NCBI GenBank assembly: GCA_964445575.1
Contig: CAYULB010000003.1
Coordinates: 12,343-76,342, forward strand
DNA length: 64,000 nucleotides
Direction: 5' to 3'
Origin: an uncultured Eubacteriales bacterium
GTDB taxonomy: Bacteria > Acidobacteriota > Aminicenantia > Aminicenantales > Aminicenantaceae
The translations under genes were made by a program, and so were the position numbers. Shown here one piece after another: positions 55,728-64,000 of this stretch (positions are counted from its first letter, which is position 1; each line of letters starts with the position of its first letter). Below the pieces are notes generated by a model. That model made no database searches, had not been told where the DNA came from, and saw only the letters and a program-made list of their open reading frames with translations.

Positions 55728-56801
55728 ATGCTCACAAAAAAGGAACAAGCAGAATTTCAGAAAAATCTCCTGCTTTGGTACCAGAAACATCATCGGAAAC
55801 TCCCCTGGAGAGAAACCAACGACCCTTATAAAATCTGGGTTTCCGAAGTGATGCTTCAGCAGACCACTGTCCGGACCGTTCTTCCCTACTACAGAAAATG
55901 GCTACAGCTGTTTCCGGACATCCCCTCTTTGAGCCGCGCCCCCGCACAAAAAGTCCTTAAAGCCTGGGAAGGACTGGGTTACTACCAAAGGGCTAAAAAT
56001 CTGCACCGCTCTTCAAAAATCATCATGGAAAAATATCAGGGAAAATTTCCCGACTCATTCCACACCCTTAAAAAACTGCCCGGTCTTGGTCCGTACACTA
56101 CTGCCGCTGTATTGAGTTTTGCTTTTAACCAGCCTTATCCTGTTTTAGACGGCAATATCCGTCGTATTCTCATGAGACTGAAAGCTCTTCACAAGGAAGC
56201 AAGCCCTTCCCTAGATAAAATTCTCAAGCCCTTTTACCAATCTCTTTTTGTGCCTAAAAAATCGAGCTCATTCAACCAGGCTTTTATGGAGCTGGGTGCC
56301 CTGATTTGCCGCCCACAAAATCCTTCCTGTCTCATCTGTCCTGTTCAGAAATTCTGCAAATCCTTTCAAGAGGGAACCCAGGAAGCGATCCCCAAAACCA
56401 AAAAACAAAATTTCCATAAAATAAAAGCTGTCTTAGGGGTGATAATCCAGGGAGACCGATTTTTAATCCAGAAAAGACCTTCCCAAGGACTTATGGCCGA
56501 CCTATGGGAATTTCCAGGAGGAAAAATAAAGGACGGTGAATCTCCTGAACAGGCTCTCTCCCGTGAAATAAAAGAAGAATTGGGACAGAAAGTAACAAAA
56601 GAAAAATTTCTCACTAAGGTGAATCATTCCTACACCCTATTCCGAATCACACTCTTTGCTTATCAGTGCGAACTTAAACAAATACCTGCTCTGGACCCTC
56701 AAACATACAGATGGATCACCCTCCAAGAATTTGAGGATTATCCTTTTCCTTCTGGTTCAGTGAAAGTCATTCAGTTTCTAAGAATAAATTACAAATTCTA
56801 A
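55728..56801 (+). CDS. mutY: A/G-specific adenine DNA glycosylase MutY with C-terminal NUDIX-like domain
   Basis: LLLWYQKHHRKLPWR...PYKIWVSEVMLQQTTV (HhH-GPD). C.C..C..C cluster motif CRPQNPSCLICPVQKFC. NUDIX-like C-terminus. Confidence 0.85.
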   Translation: MLTKKEQAEFQKNLLLWYQKHHRKLPWRETNDPYKIWVSEVMLQQTTVRTVLPYYRKWLQLFPDIPSLSRAPAQKVLKAWEGLGYYQRAKNLHRSSKIIMEKYQGKFPDSFHTLKKLPGLGPYTTAAVLSFAFNQPYPVLDGNIRRILMRLKALHKEASPSLDKILKPFYQSLFVPKKSSSFNQAFMELGALICRPQNPSCLICPVQKFCKSFQEGTQEAIPKTKKQNFHKIKAVLGVIIQGDRFLIQKRPSQGLMADLWEFPGGKIKDGESPEQALSREIKEELGQKVTKEKFLTKVNHSYTLFRITLFAYQCELKQIPALDPQTYRWITLQEFEDYPFPSGSVKVIQFLRINYKF

Positions 56802-57550
56802 TGTCTGAACAAAAAATAAAATTCCCTTTTGATCCTCTCCAGCGGTCTCTGCAAGTCAAATCAGTGGTTATGAGGGGAGAAAAAAGACTGTATTACAGGT
56901 TCAGACCGGCTCCCTATTACGGAGGAATCGCCACTGCTGATGCTGTGGGATGTCAATTTCTTTGTGCTTACTGCTGGAACTATTTCCGAAATCTCAATCC
57001 CCAGCGCTTTAAAAATTTTTATTCACCTCAGCAGGTAGCTTCACAGCTTATCCAAATCTCCCGCAAAAAAGGATTCCGCCTATTCCGGGTCAGCGGAGCA
57101 GAACCCCTTATTGGAGAAAACTCGCTCCAGCACCTGAGGAAAGTGCTTGAAATTATCTTTAAAAACATGCCCCAGGGCATTTTTGTCCTAGAAACCAATG
57201 GATTTTTTTTAGGGCACCGTCCAGACCTTATTGAAAAACTCTGTTTTGCCAATCTTAACATCAGAGTTTGCCTGAAAGGAACCGATGAAGACTCTTTTGA
57301 AAAGATCACAGGTGTCCAGAAAAAGTTTTTTTCATATCCTTTCCGAGCACTTAAAGCCTTAGAAGAGCAAGGGATAAGAAGCTGGCCTGCCCTGATGAGT
57401 GACCTGTTTGATTCACATGAAATTGAAAAATTAAATATGAATCTTAAAAAACACGGCATCAAGGCAGAGCTTGAACTGGAAGCACTGGAAGCCTATCCCT
57501 TTGTCACAGAAAACCTAAAAAAAAGGAATTTAATCAAAACAAAAAAATGA
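56801..57550 (+). CDS. Radical SAM protein (CxxxCxxC), small activase-like/SplB-like type
   Basis: GCQFLCAYCWN = G-C-x3-C-x2-C-W-N. 249 aa. ATG overlaps the mutY stop codon. Confidence 0.55.
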   Translation: MSEQKIKFPFDPLQRSLQVKSVVMRGEKRLYYRFRPAPYYGGIATADAVGCQFLCAYCWNYFRNLNPQRFKNFYSPQQVASQLIQISRKKGFRLFRVSGAEPLIGENSLQHLRKVLEIIFKNMPQGIFVLETNGFFLGHRPDLIEKLCFANLNIRVCLKGTDEDSFEKITGVQKKFFSYPFRALKALEEQGIRSWPALMSDLFDSHEIEKLNMNLKKHGIKAELELEALEAYPFVTENLKKRNLIKTKK

Positions 57551-57709
57551 TCTATCTCCCAGGCAGAAGAGAATTCTTTTCTTATCCTTGTGGAGATGGC
57601 TGGCATTGGGGGCAATAATAAGTTTCCCGGTTGTTCAGTTTGATTTTTTTTATTTATGTATTTTCTGAAGACTTCTACATCCGGCAGTTCCGGCATAGTG
57701 CCTCATCTT

Positions 57710-59776
57710 TTATGACTTTGATTGTTGAAGCAGCTCTTTAAATTCCTTTTCATCAATGATTTTAACTTTCTGCTTTTTTGCTTCATCCAGTTTGCTTCCT
57801 GGTTCCTTGCCCAGCACCAGATAATCCGTTTCACTGCTGACACGGGAAGTGGCACGGCCTCCCAGGTCTTCTACTGCTCTTTTGGCTTCATCTCGAGTGA
57901 ACTCTTCCAGGCTTCCGGTAAAAACAAATTTTTTACCCTCTAAAGGAATGGGTTTTTCTTTTGTTTCCATGGGGACAGCCCTGACCCCAGCTTTTTCTAA
58001 TCTTTTCAAAACTTCCTGGTTTTGCTTCTGTTTGAAAAAATGATGCACACTGCGTGCAATCTGAGGGCCGGCTTCCCGGACTTCCTGAAGTTCATTTTCA
58101 TCTGCCTTCTGGAGGTTATCCAGAGTATTGAACTCTCCGGCAAGCACTCTGGCTACATGCTGCCCCACATGCCGAATTCCGAGAGCATATAAAAATCGGT
58201 CTAAACGCACTTGTTTTTCTTCTTGGATGGCTTGATAAAGTTTTTCAGCAGATTTCTGGGCAAATCCTTCCAGTTTCTTTAGGCCTTCAACCGTGAGGTG
58301 GTACAAATCAGCAACATCTTTTACCATTTCCTTTTCGACCAACTTTCTGACAATTTTCTCTCCCAGGCCTTCTATGTTCATGGCATCCCGGGAAGCGTAA
58401 TGCATAATATGACCGATTAACTGGGCTGTGCAGGTCAATCCTGCTGAACAAAAATAATAGGCTTTTTCTTTGAATACCTCTGAACCGCAAACCGGGCACT
58501 TATCCGGCATAGAGAATTTCTTTCCTCTTTTTTTGCCCTTCTCTTTAATTCTCTCCACTACTTCTGGAATGACATCTCCGGCCCGAGCAATCCTGACTTT
58601 ATCTCCTGGACGGACATCTTTTGAATGGACTTCCTCCTCATTATGAAGAGTAGCCCGGCTGACTGTCACCCCTCCTACCTCCGCTGGCTGCAAAAGTGCA
58701 ACCGGAGTCAGCATTCCGGTCCTGCCTACCTGCACCACAATATCTTCCAAAACAGTGACTTCTTTTTTCGGAGGAAACTTCCACGCTAAAGCCCATCTGG
58801 GGCTTCTCTGGCGGGTTCCCAGCTGCTCTCGCAGAGAATAATCATTGACTTTTATCACGATTCCATCTATTTCATACTCCAGCTCATCACGGCGCTGTCT
58901 GAGTTCCTCCCGATATTCTTCAACTTCCTTGAAAGATTTGCACTGTCGGTTATCCTGGTCTGTTTTCAATCCCCATTCAGGCAGCTGCTGAACCACTTCC
59001 CAATGGGAGGAAAACTCGTCCCCTTCAATGTTTAAGATCTCATAAAAATAAATATCCAGAGGCTTGTCAGCTACTTTTTTTGAATCCAGCTGCCTCATAG
59101 TCCCAGCAGCAGCATTTCTAGGATTAGCAAAGGGATTCTCTCCCAGCTCGATGCGCTTTTTATTTAATTCTTGAAAAGCTTTTTTAGGCATGAATATTTC
59201 TCCCCGCACCGCCAGAAAAGAAGGAATTTTGCGGGAGTTTCCTTTTTGTAGGCGGAGAGGAACAGCCCCTATGGTCTTGATGTTTTCTGAGAGGTCTTCT
59301 CCGGTTTGGCCGTCTCCCCTGGTTGCCCCGTATTTAAAAAGCCCCTTTTCATAAACAATTTCAACCGAAAGACCATCAAATTTTGGTTCCACCACATAGG
59401 TGACCTGCTCTTTTCCAGTACGGCGGCGAACAAAATCATCAAAATCCAAAGCTTCTTCTCTTTTCAGAGCTGCATTCAAACTGAGCATGGGAACAGTGTG
59501 TCTGACCTTCTTTAATTTATCCAAAGGAGGAGCCCCGATTTTTTGAGTCGGAGACGTATCAGATTGGAGTTCAGGAAAAGCCTCTTCCAACTCCTGCAGA
59601 CGTTTAAACAGCTTATCGTACGTGCTGTCAGAAATTTCTGGTTGATTCTTTACATAATACAGATAATTATGATATTCGATTCCTTCGCGCAAAGCCTTGA
59701 CCTGTTTCTCAGCTTCTTTTTTGGAAAATTTTTCAATGTCATGGAAATCAGTTGTTGGATTGTGTTTAAAATCCAT
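57710..59776 (-). CDS. ligA: NAD-dependent DNA ligase
   Basis: KxDG adenylation motif (EPKFDGLSVEIVYEKG). Zn-finger CPVCGS...C. HhH and C-terminal BRCT. 688 aa. Confidence 0.95.
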   Translation of the reverse strand: MDFKHNPTTDFHDIEKFSKKEAEKQVKALREGIEYHNYLYYVKNQPEISDSTYDKLFKRLQELEEAFPELQSDTSPTQKIGAPPLDKLKKVRHTVPMLSLNAALKREEALDFDDFVRRRTGKEQVTYVVEPKFDGLSVEIVYEKGLFKYGATRGDGQTGEDLSENIKTIGAVPLRLQKGNSRKIPSFLAVRGEIFMPKKAFQELNKKRIELGENPFANPRNAAAGTMRQLDSKKVADKPLDIYFYEILNIEGDEFSSHWEVVQQLPEWGLKTDQDNRQCKSFKEVEEYREELRQRRDELEYEIDGIVIKVNDYSLREQLGTRQRSPRWALAWKFPPKKEVTVLEDIVVQVGRTGMLTPVALLQPAEVGGVTVSRATLHNEEEVHSKDVRPGDKVRIARAGDVIPEVVERIKEKGKKRGKKFSMPDKCPVCGSEVFKEKAYYFCSAGLTCTAQLIGHIMHYASRDAMNIEGLGEKIVRKLVEKEMVKDVADLYHLTVEGLKKLEGFAQKSAEKLYQAIQEEKQVRLDRFLYALGIRHVGQHVARVLAGEFNTLDNLQKADENELQEVREAGPQIARSVHHFFKQKQNQEVLKRLEKAGVRAVPMETKEKPIPLEGKKFVFTGSLEEFTRDEAKRAVEDLGGRATSRVSSETDYLVLGKEPGSKLDEAKKQKVKIIDEKEFKELLQQSKS

Positions 59777-59810
59777 GGGAGACTCCTTTTATCTATCCTG
59801 AACTTTCAGG

Positions 59811-61532
59811 TCATTTGCGCTCAAAATATTTTTTTAGTTTACTCCAGGGAAGAGTATTTATGATGTCTTCCGGCTCCAGCCATCCTCTTCTGGCCTGTCC
59901 TACCCCAAACCGCATTAAATCCAGGTCATCCAGAGAGTGCGCATCAGTGGTAATGGCTATTTTTATCCCCATATCTTTTCCCAGTTTGCAGTGAACATCA
60001 TTCAGGTCCAGCCGGTCTGGGTAAGAATTTATTTCAAAACAGATATTTCTCTCTTCTGCTGCTTTCATAATTTTTTCCATATCCAGTTCCATAGGTTTTC
60101 TCTCATGAATCAGCCGGCCCGAGGGATGACCTAAAATATTCATATACGGGTTGTCCATGGCCTTGAGAATACGCTGGGTCTGTTTATCTTGGAAAAGATT
60201 CATTCTATAGTGAACGGAACAAATCCGAAAATCAAGTTCCTTTAGAACTTCATCAGGAAGGTCTAAAGAACCGTCTTCCAGTATATCAACCTCAATGGAT
60301 TTAAGAATCCGGATATTTTTAAATTCATCCTGGATTTTATCTATCTCCTCAATTTGTTTTCTCAGCCTCTTTGAGTTCAATCCATTGGCAACAGTCACTT
60401 TTTGAGAATGATCAGATACTGCTATATATTCATATCCTTTTTGTTCTGCTCTTTTTACCATCTCTTTTAAAGAATAGCGGCCATCAGTGGCATTGGTGTG
60501 CATATGAAGGTCCCCCCGAATATCATCCAGAGTGACCAATCGAGGCAGGCTTCTGTTTTTGGCAGCCTCAATTTCTCCCCGGTTTTCTCTTAATTCCGGT
60601 TCTATATGAGAAAGGTTTACTCTGTCATAAACTTCTTTTTCTGTTTTTCCCGCGATTCGGTCATCTCCTCTAAAAACCCCATATTCATTGAGCTTATAAT
60701 TTTTTTTGACAGCGATCTTCCGGACTGCGATGTTGTGCTCTTTAGAGCCGGTAAAATAATGTAGAGCTGCCCCAAAAGCAACCTGAGGCACTACTCTGAG
60801 ATCAACTTGGAGCCCTGATTTCAAGACAACTGAAGAACGCGTTTCTCCTTTGGATATAGCTTTTTCCACATCTTCATATTTAGCAAACCGGTCCATAATC
60901 TTACATCCTCTCTTGCAGGTGGCCAGGATATCAATGTCTCCCACTGTTTCTTTTCTCCTCCGAAAACTTCCTGCAATCTCAATGGACTTAACTTTTTTTT
61001 CGCTTTTTAAATAATCAAGAAACGGATTCACCATCTGCTCAGCTACGGAAAGTTTAAACCGCTTTTTCTCGCTTTTGTCTCTTTCCAATTCATCTAAAAT
61101 ATTTTTTTCGGTTGTCTCTCCAAACCCCGGAAGGCTTTGAATCTTATGTTCCTCAGCCGCTTTTCTCAAATCTTCAACCGACTTTATACCTAATTTATGG
61201 TAAAGGACAGCTACTTTTTTTGCTCCCATTCCCTGTATTTTCATCAATCCACTGAGTTCTTCTGGGATCTCATTTTTCAAGTCTTCAAGAAGTGGATGGG
61301 TCCCTTTTTTTAAAATGGTCTTTATTTTTCCGGCCAGGTCTTTGCCAATGCCGGGAAGTTCAGTGAGCTCTTTTCCCTCGTCAACTAAAACGGAAACGTT
61401 TTTGGACAAACCGCCAATAGTTCGGGCAGCATCGCGGTAGGCCCGGATGCGAAACTGATTATCTCCTTTTATTTCCAGAAGGTCAGCGATTTTATTAAAA
61501 ATCTCAGCAATATCGTTGTTATGAACAGGCAT
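59811..61532 (-). CDS. polX: Family X DNA polymerase with C-terminal PHP phosphoesterase domain (PolX)
   Basis: N-terminal IAEIFNKIADLLEIKGDNQFRIRAYRDAARTI (pol-beta-like). GSFRRRKETVGDIDIL. PHP motifs (HMHTN, SDHS). Confidence 0.85.
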   Translation of the reverse strand: MPVHNNDIAEIFNKIADLLEIKGDNQFRIRAYRDAARTIGGLSKNVSVLVDEGKELTELPGIGKDLAGKIKTILKKGTHPLLEDLKNEIPEELSGLMKIQGMGAKKVAVLYHKLGIKSVEDLRKAAEEHKIQSLPGFGETTEKNILDELERDKSEKKRFKLSVAEQMVNPFLDYLKSEKKVKSIEIAGSFRRRKETVGDIDILATCKRGCKIMDRFAKYEDVEKAISKGETRSSVVLKSGLQVDLRVVPQVAFGAALHYFTGSKEHNIAVRKIAVKKNYKLNEYGVFRGDDRIAGKTEKEVYDRVNLSHIEPELRENRGEIEAAKNRSLPRLVTLDDIRGDLHMHTNATDGRYSLKEMVKRAEQKGYEYIAVSDHSQKVTVANGLNSKRLRKQIEEIDKIQDEFKNIRILKSIEVDILEDGSLDLPDEVLKELDFRICSVHYRMNLFQDKQTQRILKAMDNPYMNILGHPSGRLIHERKPMELDMEKIMKAAEERNICFEINSYPDRLDLNDVHCKLGKDMGIKIAITTDAHSLDDLDLMRFGVGQARRGWLEPEDIINTLPWSKLKKYFERK

Positions 61533-61535
61533 GGT

Positions 61536-62285
61536 TCAATCTCCTCCTATCATTCCCTTAAGCTTGAGAGCGTTTTCTGCAGCGTAACCGAGCTGGTCAT
61601 TGTCAAAATAACAAAAGATATCTTTCCCCTGTTTTTTCCAAAGGGATATTACTTCAGCCCATTGGGATAAACTTTGGTCATCATACTTTCCTTTATACGC
61701 TCCGTCTGGTCCATGCAGCCGGATATAAACAAAGTCAGATGTGACTTTCTGGGGAGACTGCCGGCGGTTAAAGTCATAGACACAGAAAGCAGCATTGTTT
61801 TTTTCTAAAAGTTCATAGATATCATCCGCAAACCAGTCCGGATTACGGAATTCAAAAGCAAACCTAAATTCAGTGGGAAGAAACTCTAAAAATGACCTCA
61901 ATCTTTCCCTATTCTTCTTCCACTTGGGAGGAAGTTGAAAAAGGATAGGACCTAATGATTCTTCCAAAACCTTTATTTTGTTTAAAAAATTTTTCACAGG
62001 TTCCTGAGGGTCTTTCAGTTTTTTCATATGGGTGATGTAGCGGCTGGCCTTAACAGAAAAAACAAATCCTGGCCCCGCTTTATGAACCCACTGCTTAAGG
62101 GTTTTTTCCTGGGGCACTTGGTAAAATGTATTATTGACTTCAGCCGTATAAAAATGCTGGGCATAATAATTCAGATACTCTCTTTCCGGGATTTCTTCTG
62201 GATAAAACAGGCCTTTCCAATGCGGGTAATGCCAGCCTGAAGTCCCGATATGCACTCTTGGATAGGCCTTTGTTTGTACCATCAT
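61536..62285 (-). CDS. DUF72 (UPF0759) family protein
   Basis: IGTSGWHYPHWKGLFYP...YAQHFYTAEVNNTFY. Typical length, 249 aa. Confidence 0.8.
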   Translation of the reverse strand: MMVQTKAYPRVHIGTSGWHYPHWKGLFYPEEIPEREYLNYYAQHFYTAEVNNTFYQVPQEKTLKQWVHKAGPGFVFSVKASRYITHMKKLKDPQEPVKNFLNKIKVLEESLGPILFQLPPKWKKNRERLRSFLEFLPTEFRFAFEFRNPDWFADDIYELLEKNNAAFCVYDFNRRQSPQKVTSDFVYIRLHGPDGAYKGKYDDQSLSQWAEVISLWKKQGKDIFCYFDNDQLGYAAENALKLKGMIGGD

Positions 62286-62471
62286 GAAATTATTGATCTA
62301 TCGAGAAAAATATCACTCAATCGCAAATATTTTATCATATTTGAGGGATAAAGAGAAAAAACCTTATTCCAAAGAAATCCTCTCTGGTTATCAATTTCAT
62401 TTCAATGCCAAAATGTGTATTATATAAAATTATGTCAATCTTCATTCAAATCATACTTATGGAAGGAAAAA

Positions 62472-64000
62472 ATGTCTAAAAAAGTTAAGGTTTTCCTTTT
62501 AATTCTCATTGTCTCTCTCTGGATAAATCCATATCAATACGCGGATTTAGGCTCTCAAAAAAACCCTCAGGATTTTGGGGAGGCCATACAAAAATTTGAA
62601 CAATATGTTGAAAAAAAGATGAAGACAGATAGGATTCCTGGGCTTTCCATAGGATTCATGAAGGATGAGTTCACATGGGCCAAAGGATTTGGCTACTCAG
62701 ACCTGGAAAACATGGTTAAAGCCAAACCTCAAAGTTCTTTTCGCATGGCTTCGGTGTCAAAAACCTTCACAGCAATAGCAGTCCTTAAGCTGGTTGAAGA
62801 TGGTGAAATTGACTTGGATAAAGAAGTTCAGACTTATGTTCCCTACTTTCCTCAAAAAAAATGGCCGGTCACAGTGCGTCAGCTTCTGGGCCATCTGGGA
62901 GGAATCAGCCATTACAAAGATTATGATAAGGAAGGTCATTTCAAGCACCCAATGAATACTGAACAGGCTGTCTCTGTATTTAAAGACTTTGAGTTGGTGG
63001 CAGAACCTGGAACAAAATACAATTATTCCAGTTATGGATTCAATCTGCTGGGAGCGGTGATTGAAGAAGCCTCTGGTCAGTCCTATGGAGAGTATATCAA
63101 AGAAATTATATTTAAACCCTTAAGAATGAATGACTCTAGAATGGACTCTCCCGTAGATATAATTCCCCATAGAGTCCGGGGATACCGCCTTATTAAGGGA
63201 GAGATTAAAAATTCCGAGTTTGTTGACATATCCAGCCGGTTTGCAGCCGGAGGAACCCGTTCCACTGTGATTGACCTTTTGAAATACGCAAAAGGTGTTT
63301 GTGAAGATAAAATATTAAAACCAGAAACATGGGAAAAAGCTTTCCAATCTATGGCTACTGAGGAAGGTCAATCAACCTGGTATGGAATGGGATGGAGGGT
63401 GTCTCCTTTGAAAGGCCATTTTAAAGTCAGCCACAGCGGATCTCAGCCTGAAACTCGAACTCAGCTGCGTATCATTCCTACTGAAAATTTTGCAATAGTC
63501 GTAGCAGCCAATCTAGAAAAAGCAAACCTTTCACCTTATGTTAATGTTCTGTCTGAACTTATCTTAAACCAGGACTTAAACTCCAAAGCTTTTGTTAAAG
63601 ACCCTTATGAACAAGCAGTTTACAACGCCCTTTCCCAAGTGTTTGACTATGGAATCAGCAGATATGAATTCTTTGGAACCAAGGCTGCAGGAAATCAAAA
63701 GGAAATCAGTAGGTCTTTTGACTACTTCAACAAATATGCCAGAAAAAAGACTTTTCAAACAAATTTAGAAGAAGCCATAAATAAATTAAAAAACGGAATT
63801 CATTCTTCAGAAGGAAAACCCTTTATAATAATGGGCGCTCACATGGCCCACTATCTTGAAAAAGCTTACGGAAAACCCCAACTCATTAAATACCATCAAT
63901 CAGGTCCCCTTTCATTTTTCTCCGACTACATCAAGCTGGCTTCTGATTATAGATTCAGAAATGAAATCATTGATTTGGCTCAAAAACTCCAGGAAGAATG
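62472..64000 (+). CDS. Beta-lactamase/PBP-family serine hydrolase, secreted (partial, continues beyond window)
   Basis: Signal peptide. SVSKTF (SxxK) and YSSYGFNLLG (YxN-like) motifs. ORF open to window end. Confidence 0.7.
   Translation, partial: MSKKVKVFLLILIVSLWINPYQYADLGSQKNPQDFGEAIQKFEQYVEKKMKTDRIPGLSIGFMKDEFTWAKGFGYSDLENMVKAKPQSSFRMASVSKTFTAIAVLKLVEDGEIDLDKEVQTYVPYFPQKKWPVTVRQLLGHLGGISHYKDYDKEGHFKHPMNTEQAVSVFKDFELVAEPGTKYNYSSYGFNLLGAVIEEASGQSYGEYIKEIIFKPLRMNDSRMDSPVDIIPHRVRGYRLIKGEIKNSEFVDISSRFAAGGTRSTVIDLLKYAKGVCEDKILKPETWEKAFQSMATEEGQSTWYGMGWRVSPLKGHFKVSHSGSQPETRTQLRIIPTENFAIVVAANLEKANLSPYVNVLSELILNQDLNSKAFVKDPYEQAVYNALSQVFDYGISRYEFFGTKAAGNQKEISRSFDYFNKYARKKTFQTNLEEAINKLKNGIHSSEGKPFIIMGAHMAHYLEKAYGKPQLIKYHQSGPLSFFSDYIKLASDYRFRNEIIDLAQKLQEE

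Noticed and set aside
1-64000. Searched by eye for tRNA/rRNA genes, CRISPR repeat arrays, integrases/transposases and known defence cassettes (RM, CBASS, Thoeris-like)
   Set aside because: None recognisable. The only defence-type elements are the AbiE and MNT/HepT TA modules.

Overview
This is a 64-kb AT-rich (~38% GC) bacterial chromosomal window, probably from an uncultured, anaerobe-like lineage. It contains no rRNA, tRNA or CRISPR.

The backbone encodes clear housekeeping and signalling genes: rpoD, pfkA, cspA, an ABC-F ATPase, a PLP-dependent Cys/Met enzyme, mutY, ligA, polX and hyuAB. Alongside these are an HD-GYP phosphodiesterase, two PAS/HisKA_2 kinases, a Hanks-type Ser/Thr kinase, an FHA-GGDEF cyclase, a tricorn-protease homolog and a large NuoE/NuoF/GltD-type flavoprotein.

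Three things stand out:
1. A sharply delimited ~4.8-kb high-GC (~60%) island at ~31.8-36.55 kb, bracketed by two toxin-antitoxin modules (AbiEi/AbiEii on the left, MNT/HepT on the right). It carries an exported HEAT-repeat protein, an HExxH-motif membrane-anchored protein and a Wzy_C/O-antigen-ligase-TPR protein. This is the best candidate for an undescribed, horizontally acquired surface-modification system.
2. A Ser/Thr kinase whose periplasmic C-terminal domain is paralogous (about half of aligned positions identical by eye) to the C-terminus of the adjacent secreted SH3b protein. The pair lies next to a hyuB-hyuA-FHA/GGDEF unit.
3. A ~125-bp intergenic element with perfect 13-bp terminal inverted repeats, present in two copies (26.4 kb and 53.3 kb).

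The window is also littered with remnants of sugar-catabolic and peptidase genes: nagB, a GH38-like stub, GH97, a xylose-isomerase-like TIM barrel and an S9 peptidase C-terminus. This suggests ongoing gene decay.

Other oddities:
- A 498-aa, signal-peptide-bearing glutamate-racemase-family protein that keeps both catalytic Cys.
- A hemerythrin-like protein coupled to a poly-Cys (CCCCGCCC) Fe-S protein.
- A divergently arranged HcnABC/opine-oxidase-like three-component dehydrogenase.
- A radical SAM gene translationally coupled to mutY.

All calls rest on reading motifs by eye. No database searches were run.
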